Origin: Vitrella brassicaformis CCMP3155
Taxonomy: Eukaryota > Protista > Chromerida
Direction of reading: 5' to 3'
DNA: 64,000 bases
NCBI GenBank assembly: GCA_001179505.1
Contig: CDMY01000220.1
Span: 62,001 to 126,000 of the forward strand
The notes below the pieces were generated by a model. It was not told where the DNA came from, ran no database searches, and worked only from the letters and a program-made list of their open reading frames with translations. Shown here in pieces: positions 22,819 to 35,377 of the stretch. Within the stretch, counting starts at the first letter, position 1. Each line of letters starts with the position of its first letter. A program made the translations under genes and the position numbers.

Positions 22819-25023
22819 TCAGTCAAATGTGCCCTGACGGCACACACCACCGACGGACGGACGATGAACACACACACCACTCTTGATTGCAATCACACCC
22901 ATTGCTCTTGTCTGTCTGCCGCGCTTCACAGTGATCCAATTGCTGCGAGTTTCCTCTCGGCCTGCAGCTGACGCAGCCGTTGCTGATTGATAGAAGGAAG
23001 GAGGAAGGAACACACAGCCACCAGACAGACAGAATGACAGACGTGTGTGTGCACCGATTCTCTCTCGTGTCACCGCCCATCCGGCGCTGCTCACCTGGAG
23101 TCCCTGTTTGACCACCTCCAGCCGCATCACTGGGTTCACCTGCTCCAGCGCCTGCACAACCACATGCGCACCGTACACACACGCATAGATCTATCTGCTG
23201 CGTGAAGCAACCAGAGTCGGTCCGTCCGCCCGTCCTTCCATACCCAGTATCGTGTTTGTGTGTCGAAGTGGTATTCCATTGCGCAGAAGGACACCCACGA
23301 GAGGATCCTGTCGCCGCTCACGGCTGACTCCAGCTCCAGGAAACTGTCAACCTGATCAAGACATCCATGATAGATGCTGGGCATGCTCACAGGGACCTGG
23401 CGAGTGCAGTGCAGTGCAAGGGTGTGGTGTTTGCGTGTGCATCCCTATCTACCTTTGCTGTGAGTGGTTGCCGCTTGGCGGCTTTGTCGGCCAGCTCCCA
23501 TTTCGACTGCAGCCGCCTACACACCCGCAGCGCATAGTGAGTGTACAGGTGTCATCCACCCAACCAAACACGCGAACGTCCAGGTGCGGTGCGGTGCATT
23601 GACCTACTTGACTTCGGCTTCCTCGGCATTGCACCGGTCGTACAGCCTGCCCACCCCACCCCCACGCAATGGGTCATGGTTGCCCGCGTGAATGGGTGCA
23701 GGTGTGTGCATCTTGCAACACACCTGTACACGATTTGCATGGTTTCCTCAGCGAGTGGCGGCAGGTTGTCCTTGAACGGCTCCTCGTCCTGCAGCAGCGA
23801 TGCGTGAACCTGAACACACACACACACACACACACACAGATACACGCGCACACACACATACGGGCGCGCTGCGTGTGGGTGGAGAGCACCGACGTATGAC
23901 GTACGTACGTACGTACCACCAGTTTGCTCGTGGCTGAGACGACTTTCCTGATCTGCATGCGGCCGACGAGGCGAATCACCACCTCGCCCTTGGTGTACAG
24001 AGTGGTCGGGTCAACCAGCTGACACAGACAGCCACACAACACACACATACACACACACAGACATACATACATACAAGAGCCGTCGGTGCGTTCGTTCACT
24101 TGTGTGTAGGTGCGTACCTCTGCGAGCGCCCCGACGGGCATGACTCTGATAGGCCGGTTCTCGACGTTCTTCTCGACAAAGCCCAGGGGCACGATGTGCA
24201 CCTTGTCATTCGACCCCCTGTTGGCTCGCATGGCGTCCCTGTTGGCCAATCAATCGGCGAGTCGAGTCGCCACACACGTAAAAACATACACATCGACGCA
24301 TACGCATCATTGTAGTTTGTTGGTGTGCGGTGCGCACCTGAATTTGTCGACGTCCTGCCTGTCGAGCTCCAGGATGGTGCGCTGCCCGGGAACCTGACAG
24401 ACAGACAGACAAGAGCACACACACAGACATACGGACTATACTTTGCCTGTCTGCCTGGCTGTGTCAGCTCGTGTGCGTGCCTACGATGGGTGTGTCAGGC
24501 TCCATGAGCAAAGTGACAATCTCCAAGTCACGGGAAGTGCCCTCCTGCACAAAGAAGACCAACACAGAACAGAAACGATCATGGACGGACGTACACTCCC
24601 ATACCCTCACGATCTTACCTCCTTCCATGTGTCGAGCCACTCCTGTGTAGCAGTAACGAGATTCTTCGGTGGCGCGGGCGGTGCAGGCCGGTCGGCGGGA
24701 GGAACCCACAGCTCACTGCCGGACGGAACACTCACCATAGACGGCCGCATCCGCATCCGCCGAAGTCGTCGCTCAGACGGCATCCTCGTTGATGAAGGCG
24801 GGACGAAGGCACAGCCGATGTGCATGTAGAGAGAGATGAGGAGCAACAGATGGATGGACGGAAAGCGGTCAGCGGCGAGCGTTGTGTGTCGTCGTTGATG
24901 TGGCCGTCTCCTTTGCCTCCTGCTAAGTGCATCTCCATCTTGCCGAGGGTCATCGCCTGCCGAGCTGACGTTGTGAGGTGCTGATCTTCGAAAGTGACTG
25001 ATGCCATGCACGAGTGCCTCCAT
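22819..25023 (-). CDS. Lon protease N-terminal (substrate-binding)-like domain protein, possibly plastid-targeted
   Basis: Exons RVMPVGALAE, GEVVIRLVGRMQIRKVV, LSWVSFCAMEYHFDTQTR and ALEQVNPVMRLEVV fit the LON_substr_bdg pattern. The N-terminal segment is LLLLISLYMHIGCAFVPPSSTRM. The start codon is uncertain. Confidence 0.5.
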
Positions 25024-25069
25024 AACGACGTCGCTTGTGGCCCTGAAGATGGCAGATCTCTCCCTTTTG

Positions 25070-25082
25070 AGCTTAGCTCGCA
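25070..25082 (-). promoter_or_regulatory. TGCGAGCTAAGCT candidate promoter/5'UTR element upstream of the Lon-N gene
   Basis: The identical 13-mer also lies 15-27 nt upstream of the metacaspase ATG (59085-59097). Confidence 0.4.
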
Positions 25083-25250
25083 ATGGCGATCCGAGCGTGG
25101 CGGTGGTGGTTGCGTTAACGGGGACCTTGCCCCCCTCCTCCCGAGTCTTTTGCGAGTCCGATTCATGTACACTGGCCACGCACGATCACACTCCGATCGA
25201 CCGAGCGTGGCGGGCGCGGCAACTCGTTCCTTGGCTGAGCGTCACACACC

Positions 25251-27437
25251 ATGGCCGCCGGGGGTAAGGCAGCACGATTCTTGCAAGACGGGAGATCTTT
25301 CACTATCGCTTCGTCTGGTTCGTTTGTCTGTTTGGTGCTTTGCTTTCGTGCACACAGGTCCTGCCATCGGTATTGACCTGGGCACCACGCACTCACGCGT
25401 CGCCGTCTTCCAAAACAACACGGTACATAGATAGATATGAACACGTTCATTCTGCACGCGACGCGTGAGTCGATGAATGGGAGGGATGGAGGGATGGATG
25501 GATGGACGTGTGTGTGGTTGTGTCAGGCGAAGCTTATTACGAATGCGCATGATGACCCCGCCATGCCCTCGTGTGTGGCCTTCACAAAGGAGAGCCCCCT
25601 GCCACTCATCGGCGAGGCGGCCAAACAGCAGCAGAGCAACAACCTCGAGAACACCATATTCGCCGTCAAGCGTCTGATCGGCCGCAGCTTCGATGACCCG
25701 TCGGTGCAGTCAGCCCTGAAGTACTGGCCTTTCAAGGTCATGAGGGCCAAGGGCGGCAAACCCATCATCGAGGTGACGCACCAACACGAGACCAAGGGTC
25801 TGCTGGTGGAGGACGTGACGGCCATGGTGCTGACCAAGCTCAAGAATGCCGCCGAGGCACCCCTCGGCACGACAGTCAAGAACGCCGTCATCAGCGTCCC
25901 CGGGCACTTCAACCATGCGCAGCGGCAGGCCGTGAAGGACGCCGCCACGATGAGCGGCCTCAACGTCATGCGGATCATGAGCGACCACGGTGCTGCCGCC
26001 ATCGCCACACACTGGCTCGACAAGACGGCCGACATGGGCACGGGCGAGCGCAATGTGCTCATCTTGGACATGGGCGGCGGCACGTGTGACGTCACGCTGC
26101 TCACCGCGCATGACGGCGTGTTCGATGTCCGGGCCACGGCGGGCGTCGAGCTCGGCGGGGAGGACATCGACAGTCGTCTGGTAGACTTCTGCGTGGAGGA
26201 CTTCATGGGCAAGAACGTGGGGACGGACCCCACCACCGACAGACAGGCGATGAGCTGGCTGCGGGCAGAGTGCGACAAGGCCAAGCTGACACTCTCCACC
26301 GGCACCGAATTCACCATCGAAATCAAAAACCTCTTTCAGGTGCTGAGGGAGGGAGGGAGGGAGGGAGGGATACTGCGATGATGTCGTCATGTGTGTGTGT
26401 CGTTTGCCTTTGGCCATCTTATCATCTTGTGTGTGATGTCAGGGCATCGACTACGCCGTGCACATCCCCCGGGCGCGTTTTGAGGACTTGTGTGCGGGGT
26501 TCTTCAGGAAGGTACTGCTGCTGGTTGACAAGGTGCTCAGGGACGACGGCATGGACAAGGAGGCGGTGCACGATGTGGTGCTCGTCGGCGGCTCAACACG
26601 CATCCCCAAGATCCAAGAGCTCATCACGGTAGGTAACACACCGGCTCAACACGACACACATCACACACCAGAAGGAAGCACCAGACACATCTTTGTCGAT
26701 GGTTTTTCCAGGACTACTTCGGCGGCAGGGCGCCGATCGGGCCCATTGCTGACGGGGCGTTGGCTCGCGGTGCGGCGGTCATGGCGGCGTTGCTGTGTGA
26801 AGATCCGTCCGTCAAGCTGCAGCCCCTGATACTTCTGGACGTCATGCCCATCTCAGTGGGGGTGGAGACCGCAGGGGGCGTAATGGCCAAGATTGTCGAG
26901 CGCGACACCACCCTGCCTACCAAGAAGACCTGCACCTTCGGCACGCACCTCCACAACCAGACGAAGGTCCTCATTCAGGTGAGTGGAGTGGAGTGCACAG
27001 GTCCACACAAGCGGGCTAAACCTGTGAAGTGCCGTGTCGTGCGTCTGTGTGTGTGATGATCTGTCTGTAATGTCTTGGTTGGGTGCAGGTCTACGAGGGC
27101 GAGGGCACGATGACCGCCGAGAACAACCTGCTCTGCAGCTTCTACTTGAAGGGCATCAAGCCGGCCTCCCGTGGGCAGCACATCCAGGTGACCTTCGACA
27201 TCGACACCAATGGCACCATCTGTGTGGACGCCCAACGCCAGACCGACTACCAACACATTAGCGCAAACGTCAACAATCTGGTGGGCAGGGCACGTGCGCA
27301 CGATGGTCCGTCAATCACCTGCATGCTCACTCCCTCCCTTGTGCGGTGTTTGTGGTGTGGTGCATCCATCCAATCAGTTTAGAGTGGGCCTCGAGCACCC
27401 GCCTGACGCCGATGCCGTCCTGGCTTACTGCGACTGA
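25251..27437 (+). CDS. HSP70: Divergent cytosolic-type Hsp70 truncated after the substrate-binding beta domain (no lid, no EEVD)
   Basis: [15 protein letters not shown] (spliced 25263/25358), [51 protein letters not shown] and QVYEGE...[12 protein letters not shown] stop follows about 40 aa later. Confidence 0.9.
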
Positions 27438-28242
27438 CTGACTCACTGATATGCGCTGGCTGCCGGTCTGACCAGACCTGGTTTGGTGGCATTCCCTGCT
27501 GAAAGGCTGCGTCGGGTGAGAGCGCGGTCCCTGTGGATGGCATTGGGACGTTCGAGCGTGATGTAGAGTCGCTGAGGAAGGCTATGACATTATGTCCTTT
27601 ATGGGTTTGTATGTACGTATGTATGTATGTGTGTATATAAATGTGTGTATGTTTGGCGGATGACCCGATCCGATCCCATGGAATGGGCGTGGCGTGTATA
27701 CGAGAGAGCGAGCATTCATTTATCGACTCACTCGATCAGATCAGCCGGCCAGGCCATTCCCTGTACCTCCTTGCGACACAGCAGAGTGAGGGAGGGAGTG
27801 AGCGCATCGGAGGGATGGAGGGTGTGTAGTGAATGAGTGCATGGCGTCAGATATCAATGACCGACACGGTGTGGTCAGCGACACGTTCATTCCACGTATA
27901 CATGAGCTGTGGGCGCACGGGAGGGACCGCTCCAGTGATGCATAGCATAGATTGCATAGATGGTTTAAGCACGGCCCACATACACCAACCACAGGAGAAA
28001 AAGTCACCGTTTCCTATCTATCTAGTGCCTACCTTACCTGCCATCGATGCTCACCACCTGTGACTACCGACGAGTACACAAAGCTGCCGACATCGAAAAA
28101 CACGAACAAATACACACATGACCGGCCGTCCATCCATCCATCCATCCACTCGACCCAAAGTCACTTGTCCATCCACATCTGATCTCTCTCTCTTCGTCTC
28201 GTCATACACAGCGCACACACTGAAACCCGACCGACAGAAAAG

Positions 28243-30544
28243 CTAGGCGACCACAGCGACCTCTGAGTGGTCGTCGGCGGGCAGAGTGATGACGGCCTCC
28301 ATGGTCACACTGCCGTCTTGGTTGGCCCGCTCACCCAAACCGCCACCGCCACTCGTCTTGGAGAATGTGAATTTGGCCACGTGTGTGTCGAATGTGCTGC
28401 CGCCGTCCTTGGTCATGAAGGAGCGGACCTTCACCGTCTCGCCTGGCACACCGGTGATCAGCACGTGCAGGTGATACGTCGTCCCTGAAGACAGACAACA
28501 CACCAGCACACACACCGCCACACACACACTCAGACAGACAGACAGAGTGGCCACACGTGTGCCTTGTTCTCTGGCAGCCATGATGTGTGTGATCTCTCTG
28601 CCGGCTCTCTCTCCCTCTCAGGGGGCGTGTGTCGTGTCGGTCACCGCACCCACCCTGTCTGACGAAGAAGACCTCATCGAACCGTTTGGGCGAGATGGGG
28701 ACGATTTTGTCTGGTTCTCCGATCAGCGCCACCATGATTTCGGGCCGCTGACCGTGCGTCCACAGGGGAGACGCGTACACTAAATGAGGCCGGTCACCCA
28801 AACCACCCGCTGGCACAACCAAAGGGCTGTCGGCCGTCCACAGCTCCACCTGCACTCACACACACACACGCACACACACACACACGCACACACGACACTG
28901 TGAATGAGCTGGAGTGGATGGGTGCGTGTCTGGTTGCTGGCCTTGTCGGGCTGTGTAGGCCTCCAGATGGCCCACATGTCCCATTTCTTGAGGTGAGGGT
29001 AGTGGTCTAGGCTGACGTGGTAGTCGTGTGTGAGCCGGAAGCCCAGGAAGATGTAGAACCGGTGCTTCCCGATGTGAGTGTACGTGTAGTACATCTTATC
29101 CGCATAGTCCACAGACACACCACCGGAGCCAAAGGTGGGCGCCTTGAAGGCCTTGCTCGAGTAGTGAGAATCCACAAAGGCGATCGGCCGGGAAGGCTTC
29201 AGAATCCTCCCTGCACAAGGACAACAGGGATGGGCGGGGCGCATTGCGCTTGTCTGAGTGCATGTTCACCCACTGACCGTCTTGTCTGCAGCATTTTGCG
29301 ACGAGTTGCCAGTCGGTGAGGCCGATTTTGTCGCCGACGGCCACAGGTCCGGTGGAGAGGGTGGCCATGGCCAGCTGTAGGTCGGGGAAGGGCTCGTTGA
29401 ACCCGCCGTACTTGTCCGTCGTCGCATTGGTCGACCAAAACACATCTTTGAAGGGCGCGATGCCCAGCGACTGCACACACACATGCACACACAACCGTCA
29501 AGCATGAGACTTCTTTCCTCTTGGCTGTGTGGCGGCTGACTGAGCTGACTGCCTGACCCTTATGATTGGTGCGGTGATGCCGATGTCCCACTGCAGGTTG
29601 CCGGGGGTGTAGTCGTCGGATGCGCGTATGGACGCGACAGGGTTGTACTGCACCGCAGCCATGATGTGCCGCGGGTACGGCATGCACAGCTGCACCGCCA
29701 CACCATACTCACCTGCCGTCCTGCACACACACACAGACACACACATATGGGGGCTTGTGTGGGCAGAGGGGTGTCTGTATTGTATTGGACTGCAGACATG
29801 GTCATGAGGCTCATGTATCTGGCGAGCAGGTTGACGTCTTGTGTGAGCTGTGGCATGAACTCGACCATGAAGTACAGCCAATCCTGCTCGTACATCCGCA
29901 GGCCCCAGCCAGTGCTGGCGTAGGACGGACACCACACACACACACACACACTGTGCGGCCGCCAAAGAGGCGCCTGTGTGTGTCTGTTTACTTACGCGTT
30001 TCTGTATAGGTCGTGCCAGAAGACGGGGTCGACGGACACGGCCATCTGGCTGTCGGTGTCGCGGATGAAGCTGTACTTGCCGCCGTTGGCATTGTCGTAC
30101 GGACTGTCAGTCGCAAAGTAGCGATTGTGCGCTGCATGGATGGATCCAACACACACACACATCACAGACAAGGTAAAGGTAAGGGCATGCGCGGCTGGTC
30201 GGTTGTCTGTGGTGCAGATGGTCACCAGCGAGTGGCAGTCCGAGTTTCTTGTGGAGTTCCCTGAGGCCGTTTGGGAAGATCTCTGCGTCGGCGTCCCACG
30301 TGTATGTGCCCTGGTGCTTGAGCGTCTTGCGGTAGAACCACGAGTCAAGCTGCAGGCCCTGCAGTCCATCCATGACAGCAAGCGGCCCGCAGAGTAAAGG
30401 GTGAGCTCGATTGTGTGTTGTGTGTCGTCTCCTGTCTGCCTTACTTTGAGTTCCATGGGAGTCTGTTCCTGCCAGTACCGCTGCACCCCCAGCAGACTGT
30501 CCTCGTACGACGTCTTCTCCTCTGTGTGGTAATAGTAATACGCT

Positions 30545-30578
<34 letters not shown>

Positions 30579-31689
30579 CGTGGACGTATGTCGCAACACA
30601 CGAGCAGCACTGACCTCCGTTGTCAGTCCAGTAGGTGACGTATTCGGAGAAGAGGTCGAATGGCCGCCGCTCGCTCTCAGGGTAGAAGGACCGCAGCACC
30701 ACTCCCCACTTGTCAATCGCCTCGTTCATCCCCCCCTCGGTGCAGAAGACCATCGTGTGCATCACCAGGTGCCCGTAGCTCTCTACCGACCCCATCACGC
30801 CCATCTGAAACTCTGCCGGCGAACCATCCGTGTCGTTCTTGACGCCCAGAGAGAACGACTCGAACCGGTTGGCGGGCGACACGACACACACGAACTGCTG
30901 TTTCTCGTCGAACAGGAACAGCGGCAGGCCGCCCTTGATGCCCTTGGGGATCTTCTTGACGTCACTCGTGCTGCGAGAGAAGGGGCCGTACTGGGGCGAC
31001 CAGCCGAACGGGCCGTAGAGGGACGCGTAGCCGATCTTCTGTTCAGCGGATGGCATGTCGAAGACGGGGAATGCCGTGGACAGGTCGTCCTTGTCGGCCG
31101 CTGCAGTGTCCTGCAAGCCGAATGGGAAGAAGTGGTCGAAGAACACACATGACGACCCCAGCCGATGGATCTTGGTGGCGAACAGGTAGTCCACCGGCGC
31201 CTGTGCCTGTGTACGCATGGCCTGCTTGGGTGGTGCCTTGGCCTTAAGCTGCTTGTCGCCCCAGTAGAAGCGCCACCGCTCGTAGTCATAGTCGGGCTCA
31301 GAGAGGTAGGTCTGCTTGGTCAGGTTGAGGGCGCCGTTGGCCGGTGACATGGTCTGGCCCTTGCGGGTGACGAATGCGTGGCGGGACGAGTTGAGGTGCA
31401 GCAGCTGCTCGTCCACGCCGCCCTTGCGCTTGACGACGCTCATCTCGTATCTCGGGAGCCGAGCGGCTTCGTTCGTGTGGACATTGATGCGCAGATGGAT
31501 GCCATCCTCGTTGTGCTTCTTGAGGCCGCAGTGGTGTGGGATGCCGTGCGGTAAGTCCGTCAGCTTGAAGGCGTCGCTCAGGCAGCTCAGCTCTCCGCGA
31601 ACGACGCATGCACACACAACGAGAGAGATGACCAGATCTATGGTACGCAGCAGCCGCATCCTTTTCAGAGAGGCCATGCTCTGGCGCAT
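28243..31689 (-). CDS. Secreted uncharacterised glycoside hydrolase-like protein (probable TIM barrel resembling clan GH-D)
   Basis: Signal-like LVISLVVCACVVRG, then motifs YVTYWTDNGAYYYY, QLDSWFY, W...IFPNGLRELHKKLGLPL.AHNRYF, MYEQDWL, VQLCMPYPR, IRASDDY, APFKDVFWST and LSTGPVAVGDKIG...KCCRQDGRILKPSRP. The start may be 31689, 31677 or 31659. Confidence 0.7.
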
Positions 31690-31727
31690 TTCCCTCCTCG
31701 CCAAATCTAAGCTTGCAGCAGTGTCAA

Positions 31728-31735
31728 AGCTCGCA
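31728..31735 (-). promoter_or_regulatory. TGCGAGCT candidate element upstream of the glycosidase-like gene
   Basis: Exact 8-mer, about 39 nt before ATG 31689. Confidence 0.4.
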
Positions 31736-31841
31736 CTGGCGAGACAAAAAAGGAGAAGGGCACGGGAGTGTTTGGATCTTGTTTGAGAGATCTGCGGCAT
31801 CCCGTCTGTGATCCTCGAAGCTGCCTGGTGGCCTGTGAGAA

Positions 31842-34800
31842 ATGAAGCTGCTCATGTCAGTGGTCGGCCTGCCTCTCCTGCTGATGGAGGGCGGATCTAT
31901 CCGCTTGAGCGACCCCTACCCCTCGTCAGCCGTGGGATTCGTCCCATCCGTCCGCTTCGGCAACCCCGCTGTCCCCCGCTATGCTCCCATGCAGCCCATC
32001 TCGAGGCTGCGCGGCCCGCAGCTGGCGCAACCCCTGTCGCGGCACAAGGCAAACGGCCTGCGAGCACGGAAGGGTCGCATGGGACTGCGGATGATGTTTG
32101 AGAACTTCACGGAGAAGGCCATCAAGGTCATCATGCTTGCGCAAGAGGAGTCTAGGCGGGTGGGGCACAACTTCGTGGGCACCGAGCAGCTGTTCCTGGG
32201 GCTCATCGGGCAGTCCAACGGCATTGCGGGCCGCGTGTTGAAGAACCTGGGGGTGTCTCTGAAGGAGACGCGTCAGAAGATCGAGGAGCTCATCGGCAAG
32301 GGGTCGGGTTTTGTGGCGCCCGAGATCCCCTTCACCCCGAGGGCCAAGCAGGCCCTCGAGCGGGCACTCGAGGAGGCCAGACAGCTGGGACACGCCTACA
32401 TCGACACGGAGCACCTGCTGCTCGGCGTACTCAAAGAGGAAGACGGTGAGGGAGGGGCACGCACACAACACGACACGACACGACGTGTGCCATGCACATA
32501 GCCTCCGTCCATGTGGGTGTGTTCGTGTGTCGCTGCACCCATATGTGCAGGCAACATATCCAAGGTGCTGCAGTCGATGGGTCTTGACAAGGAGAAGATC
32601 AAGGCCGAGGTCATGAAGATGCTCAACGACGCCGAGGAATTCGCCACCGTCGGCGGCCCCTCAGACAGAGGCCGATCCACACCCACACTCAAGGAGTTCT
32701 CCATCGACCTCACAGAAAAGGCCGCCAAGTCACAGCTCGACCCGGTCGTCGGCCGCCAGAAGGAGATCGACCGTGTCGTGCAGATCCTTGCCCGGCGGAC
32801 CAAGTCCAACCCGGTGCTGATCGGCGAGCCGGGCGTGGGCAAGACGGCCATTGCTGAGGGACTGGCACAGCGGATAGCCAACCGCGACGTGCCGTCGATG
32901 CTGGAGAACAAGCGTGTGTGTGTGCTGGACATGGGGCTGCTGGTGGCCGGGACCAAGTACAGGGGCGAGTTTGAGGAGCGGCTCAAGAAGATCATGGACG
33001 ACGTTAAGAAGGCCGGCAACATCGTGCTCGTCATTGACGAGATCCACACGCTCATCGGTAACTTGGGATGGCAAAGGAGGAGCATCACCGAGAGACAGAG
33101 GGATGATGTTTGGCTACTGTGTGTCTGGTTGTGGTCAGGTGCTGGTGCGGGTGAGGGTGCCCTGGATGCCGCCAACTTGCTCAAGCCCGCCCTTGCTCGT
33201 GGTGAGTTCCAGTGTATCGGCGCAACCACGCTTGACGAATACAAGAAACACTTCGAGAGGGTGAGCATCTGAGATGACGGACCACAAACCGTCTTGTCGC
33301 ATGCGGCACTCCATCCCTTGACCCTCTTTGTCTGTGTGTGTCAGGATGCTGCCCTTGAGCGTCGTTTCCAGCCGGTGATGGTGGACGAGCCGTCCATCGA
33401 GGACACGATTGAGATCCTTAGGGGGCTGTCGGGCCGGTACGAGCAGTTCCACGGGCTCAAGTACACTGACGACGCACTACAGGCCTCTGGTAAGCACCAA
33501 CAGCATTCATTCATACGCCGGATAGACCGACACATAAGCACGGTGTCCTTGTGTGTCGATTCGATTTGCAGCTCGTTTTTCCGAGCAGTACATCAGCGAC
33601 AGGTATCTGCCCGACAAGGCCATCGACCTCATGGACGAGGCAGGATCCAACGTCAAGATCTGCCACACCAAACTCCCTGTCGCCGCAAGAGCACTCGTAC
33701 GCCGCACCCCCGTCACACATGGCTTGCCCACACTGAGACTCGCCTCATCTGTGTGTGTGTGTGTGTGTGTGTTGAGCAGGATCGCGAGTTGAAGGAGAAT
33801 TTGCGAGGTCAGGAGGAGGCCAAGCGGACGGAGGACTTTGAGAAAGCAGCACAGCTGAGGGAGCGTGAGATGGAGCTCCGCCAACAGATCGACGCGCTCG
33901 TCCCCAACAGAACCGAATCCGCCCCGACCGTCGATGTCGAGAACGTCGCAGAGTGAGTCGCCCGACACGTCACACACGCAACCAGACACAGACATGCAAA
34001 GTGCTGTGTTGTGCTGTGCTGTGCTGAATCAGAGTGGTTGCGACGTGGACCGGTATCCCCGTGACGAAGCTGACCAAGACGGACAGCGAGAAGCTCATCA
34101 ACATGGAGGGCACTCTCCACGAGCGCGTCATCGGGCAGGACGAGGCCGTCACGGCCGTGTCAAAGGCTATCCGACGCGCTAAGTCGGGCCTCAAGAACCC
34201 CAACCGACCCATCGCCTCTTTCCTTTTCTGCGGCCCCACGGGTGTGGGCAAGACGGAGCTCACCAAGGCGCTGGCGTCGTATCTGTTCGACAGTGAGGAG
34301 GCCATGGTGCGGCTGGACATGAGCGAGTACATGGAGCGGTTCTCGGTGTCCAAGCTGATCGGCTCGCCGCCCGGCTATGTGGGGTACGATGAGGGCGGGC
34401 AGCTCACCGAGGCTGTCAGGCGGAAGCCCTACACCGTGGTGCTGTTCGACGAGATCGAGAAGGCACACCCGGACGTCTTCAACACACTACTCCAGGTACC
34501 ACGCGCACACGCAACCATCCCACACACGACCAGCCCCGCCATGCCCATGCACGCTGTCTATCTGTCCCTTCGTCCCATCAGATTTTGGAGGACGGTCGCT
34601 TGACTGATGCCAAGGGCCGCACGGTTGACTTCAAGAACACCCTGTTGATCCTGACGTCCAATCTGGGCTCCAAGGTGATCGAGAGGGCATCGGCCGGGGC
34701 GGGCGGCCTTGGCTTCGACCTGAGCAACGAGAAGGACGCCCAGTACAACCGCATCAAGGCCCTCGTCCAGGAAGAACTCAAAAACTACTTCAGGTAGGAA

Positions 34801-35377
34801 GGACGTCAGCCCGCCACACACGGACACCACACACACACACGTCCCCTGTGTGTGTTGTCCGTCCCGTCAGGCCTGAGTTTTTGAATCGGTTGGACGAGAC
34901 GATTGTGTTCCGCCAGCTGGCCAAGGCGGAGGTGGGCCGCATAGCGGACATTCTCCTTGCACAGGTCTACGAACGCACCGCTGACAAGGGCATCGACCTA
35001 GTCGTCACGGACCGGTTCAAAGAACGGCTCGTCGACGAGGGATTCGACCCCGTCTATGGCGCGCGGCCACTCAGGTACTCAGATGACACGCGACACGCAC
35101 TCATCCATGTGACCATGTGAGCATTGTGGTTGTGGGTATTGTGTGTAATGTCAGACGAGCGATAATGCGTCTGCTTGAGGACAATATAGCTGAGGCGACT
35201 CTGCGTGGCCAGATCAAGGAGGGCGACCAGGCCATCGCTGACCTGGATGCCGACGGCAACGTGGTCATCATGAGAAGGTCGGACCTCTTCGGCGGCACCG
35301 ACATGGCCGCTGAGAAGAAGACCCCCGCGTCGAAGGACGAGAGCCAGCCAGACCAGCCACTATCTGTAGGGGTGTAG
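31842..35377 (+). CDS. clpC: Nucleus-encoded, plastid-targeted ClpC (Hsp100 AAA+ chaperone subunit of Clp protease)
   Basis: Bipartite-looking presequence, then [36 protein letters not shown]1 Walker A GEPGVGKT, short UVR-type M domain ([13 protein letters not shown]), NBD2 [18 protein letters not shown], ClpP-docking LGF loop (GGLGFDL) and GARPLRRAI. Confidence 0.95.

Noticed and set aside
25523-26417. Long antisense ORFs opposite Hsp70 (and likewise opposite ClpC and the GH-like gene)
   Set aside because: These are the usual shadow ORFs of GC-rich, codon-biased genes and have no independent motifs.
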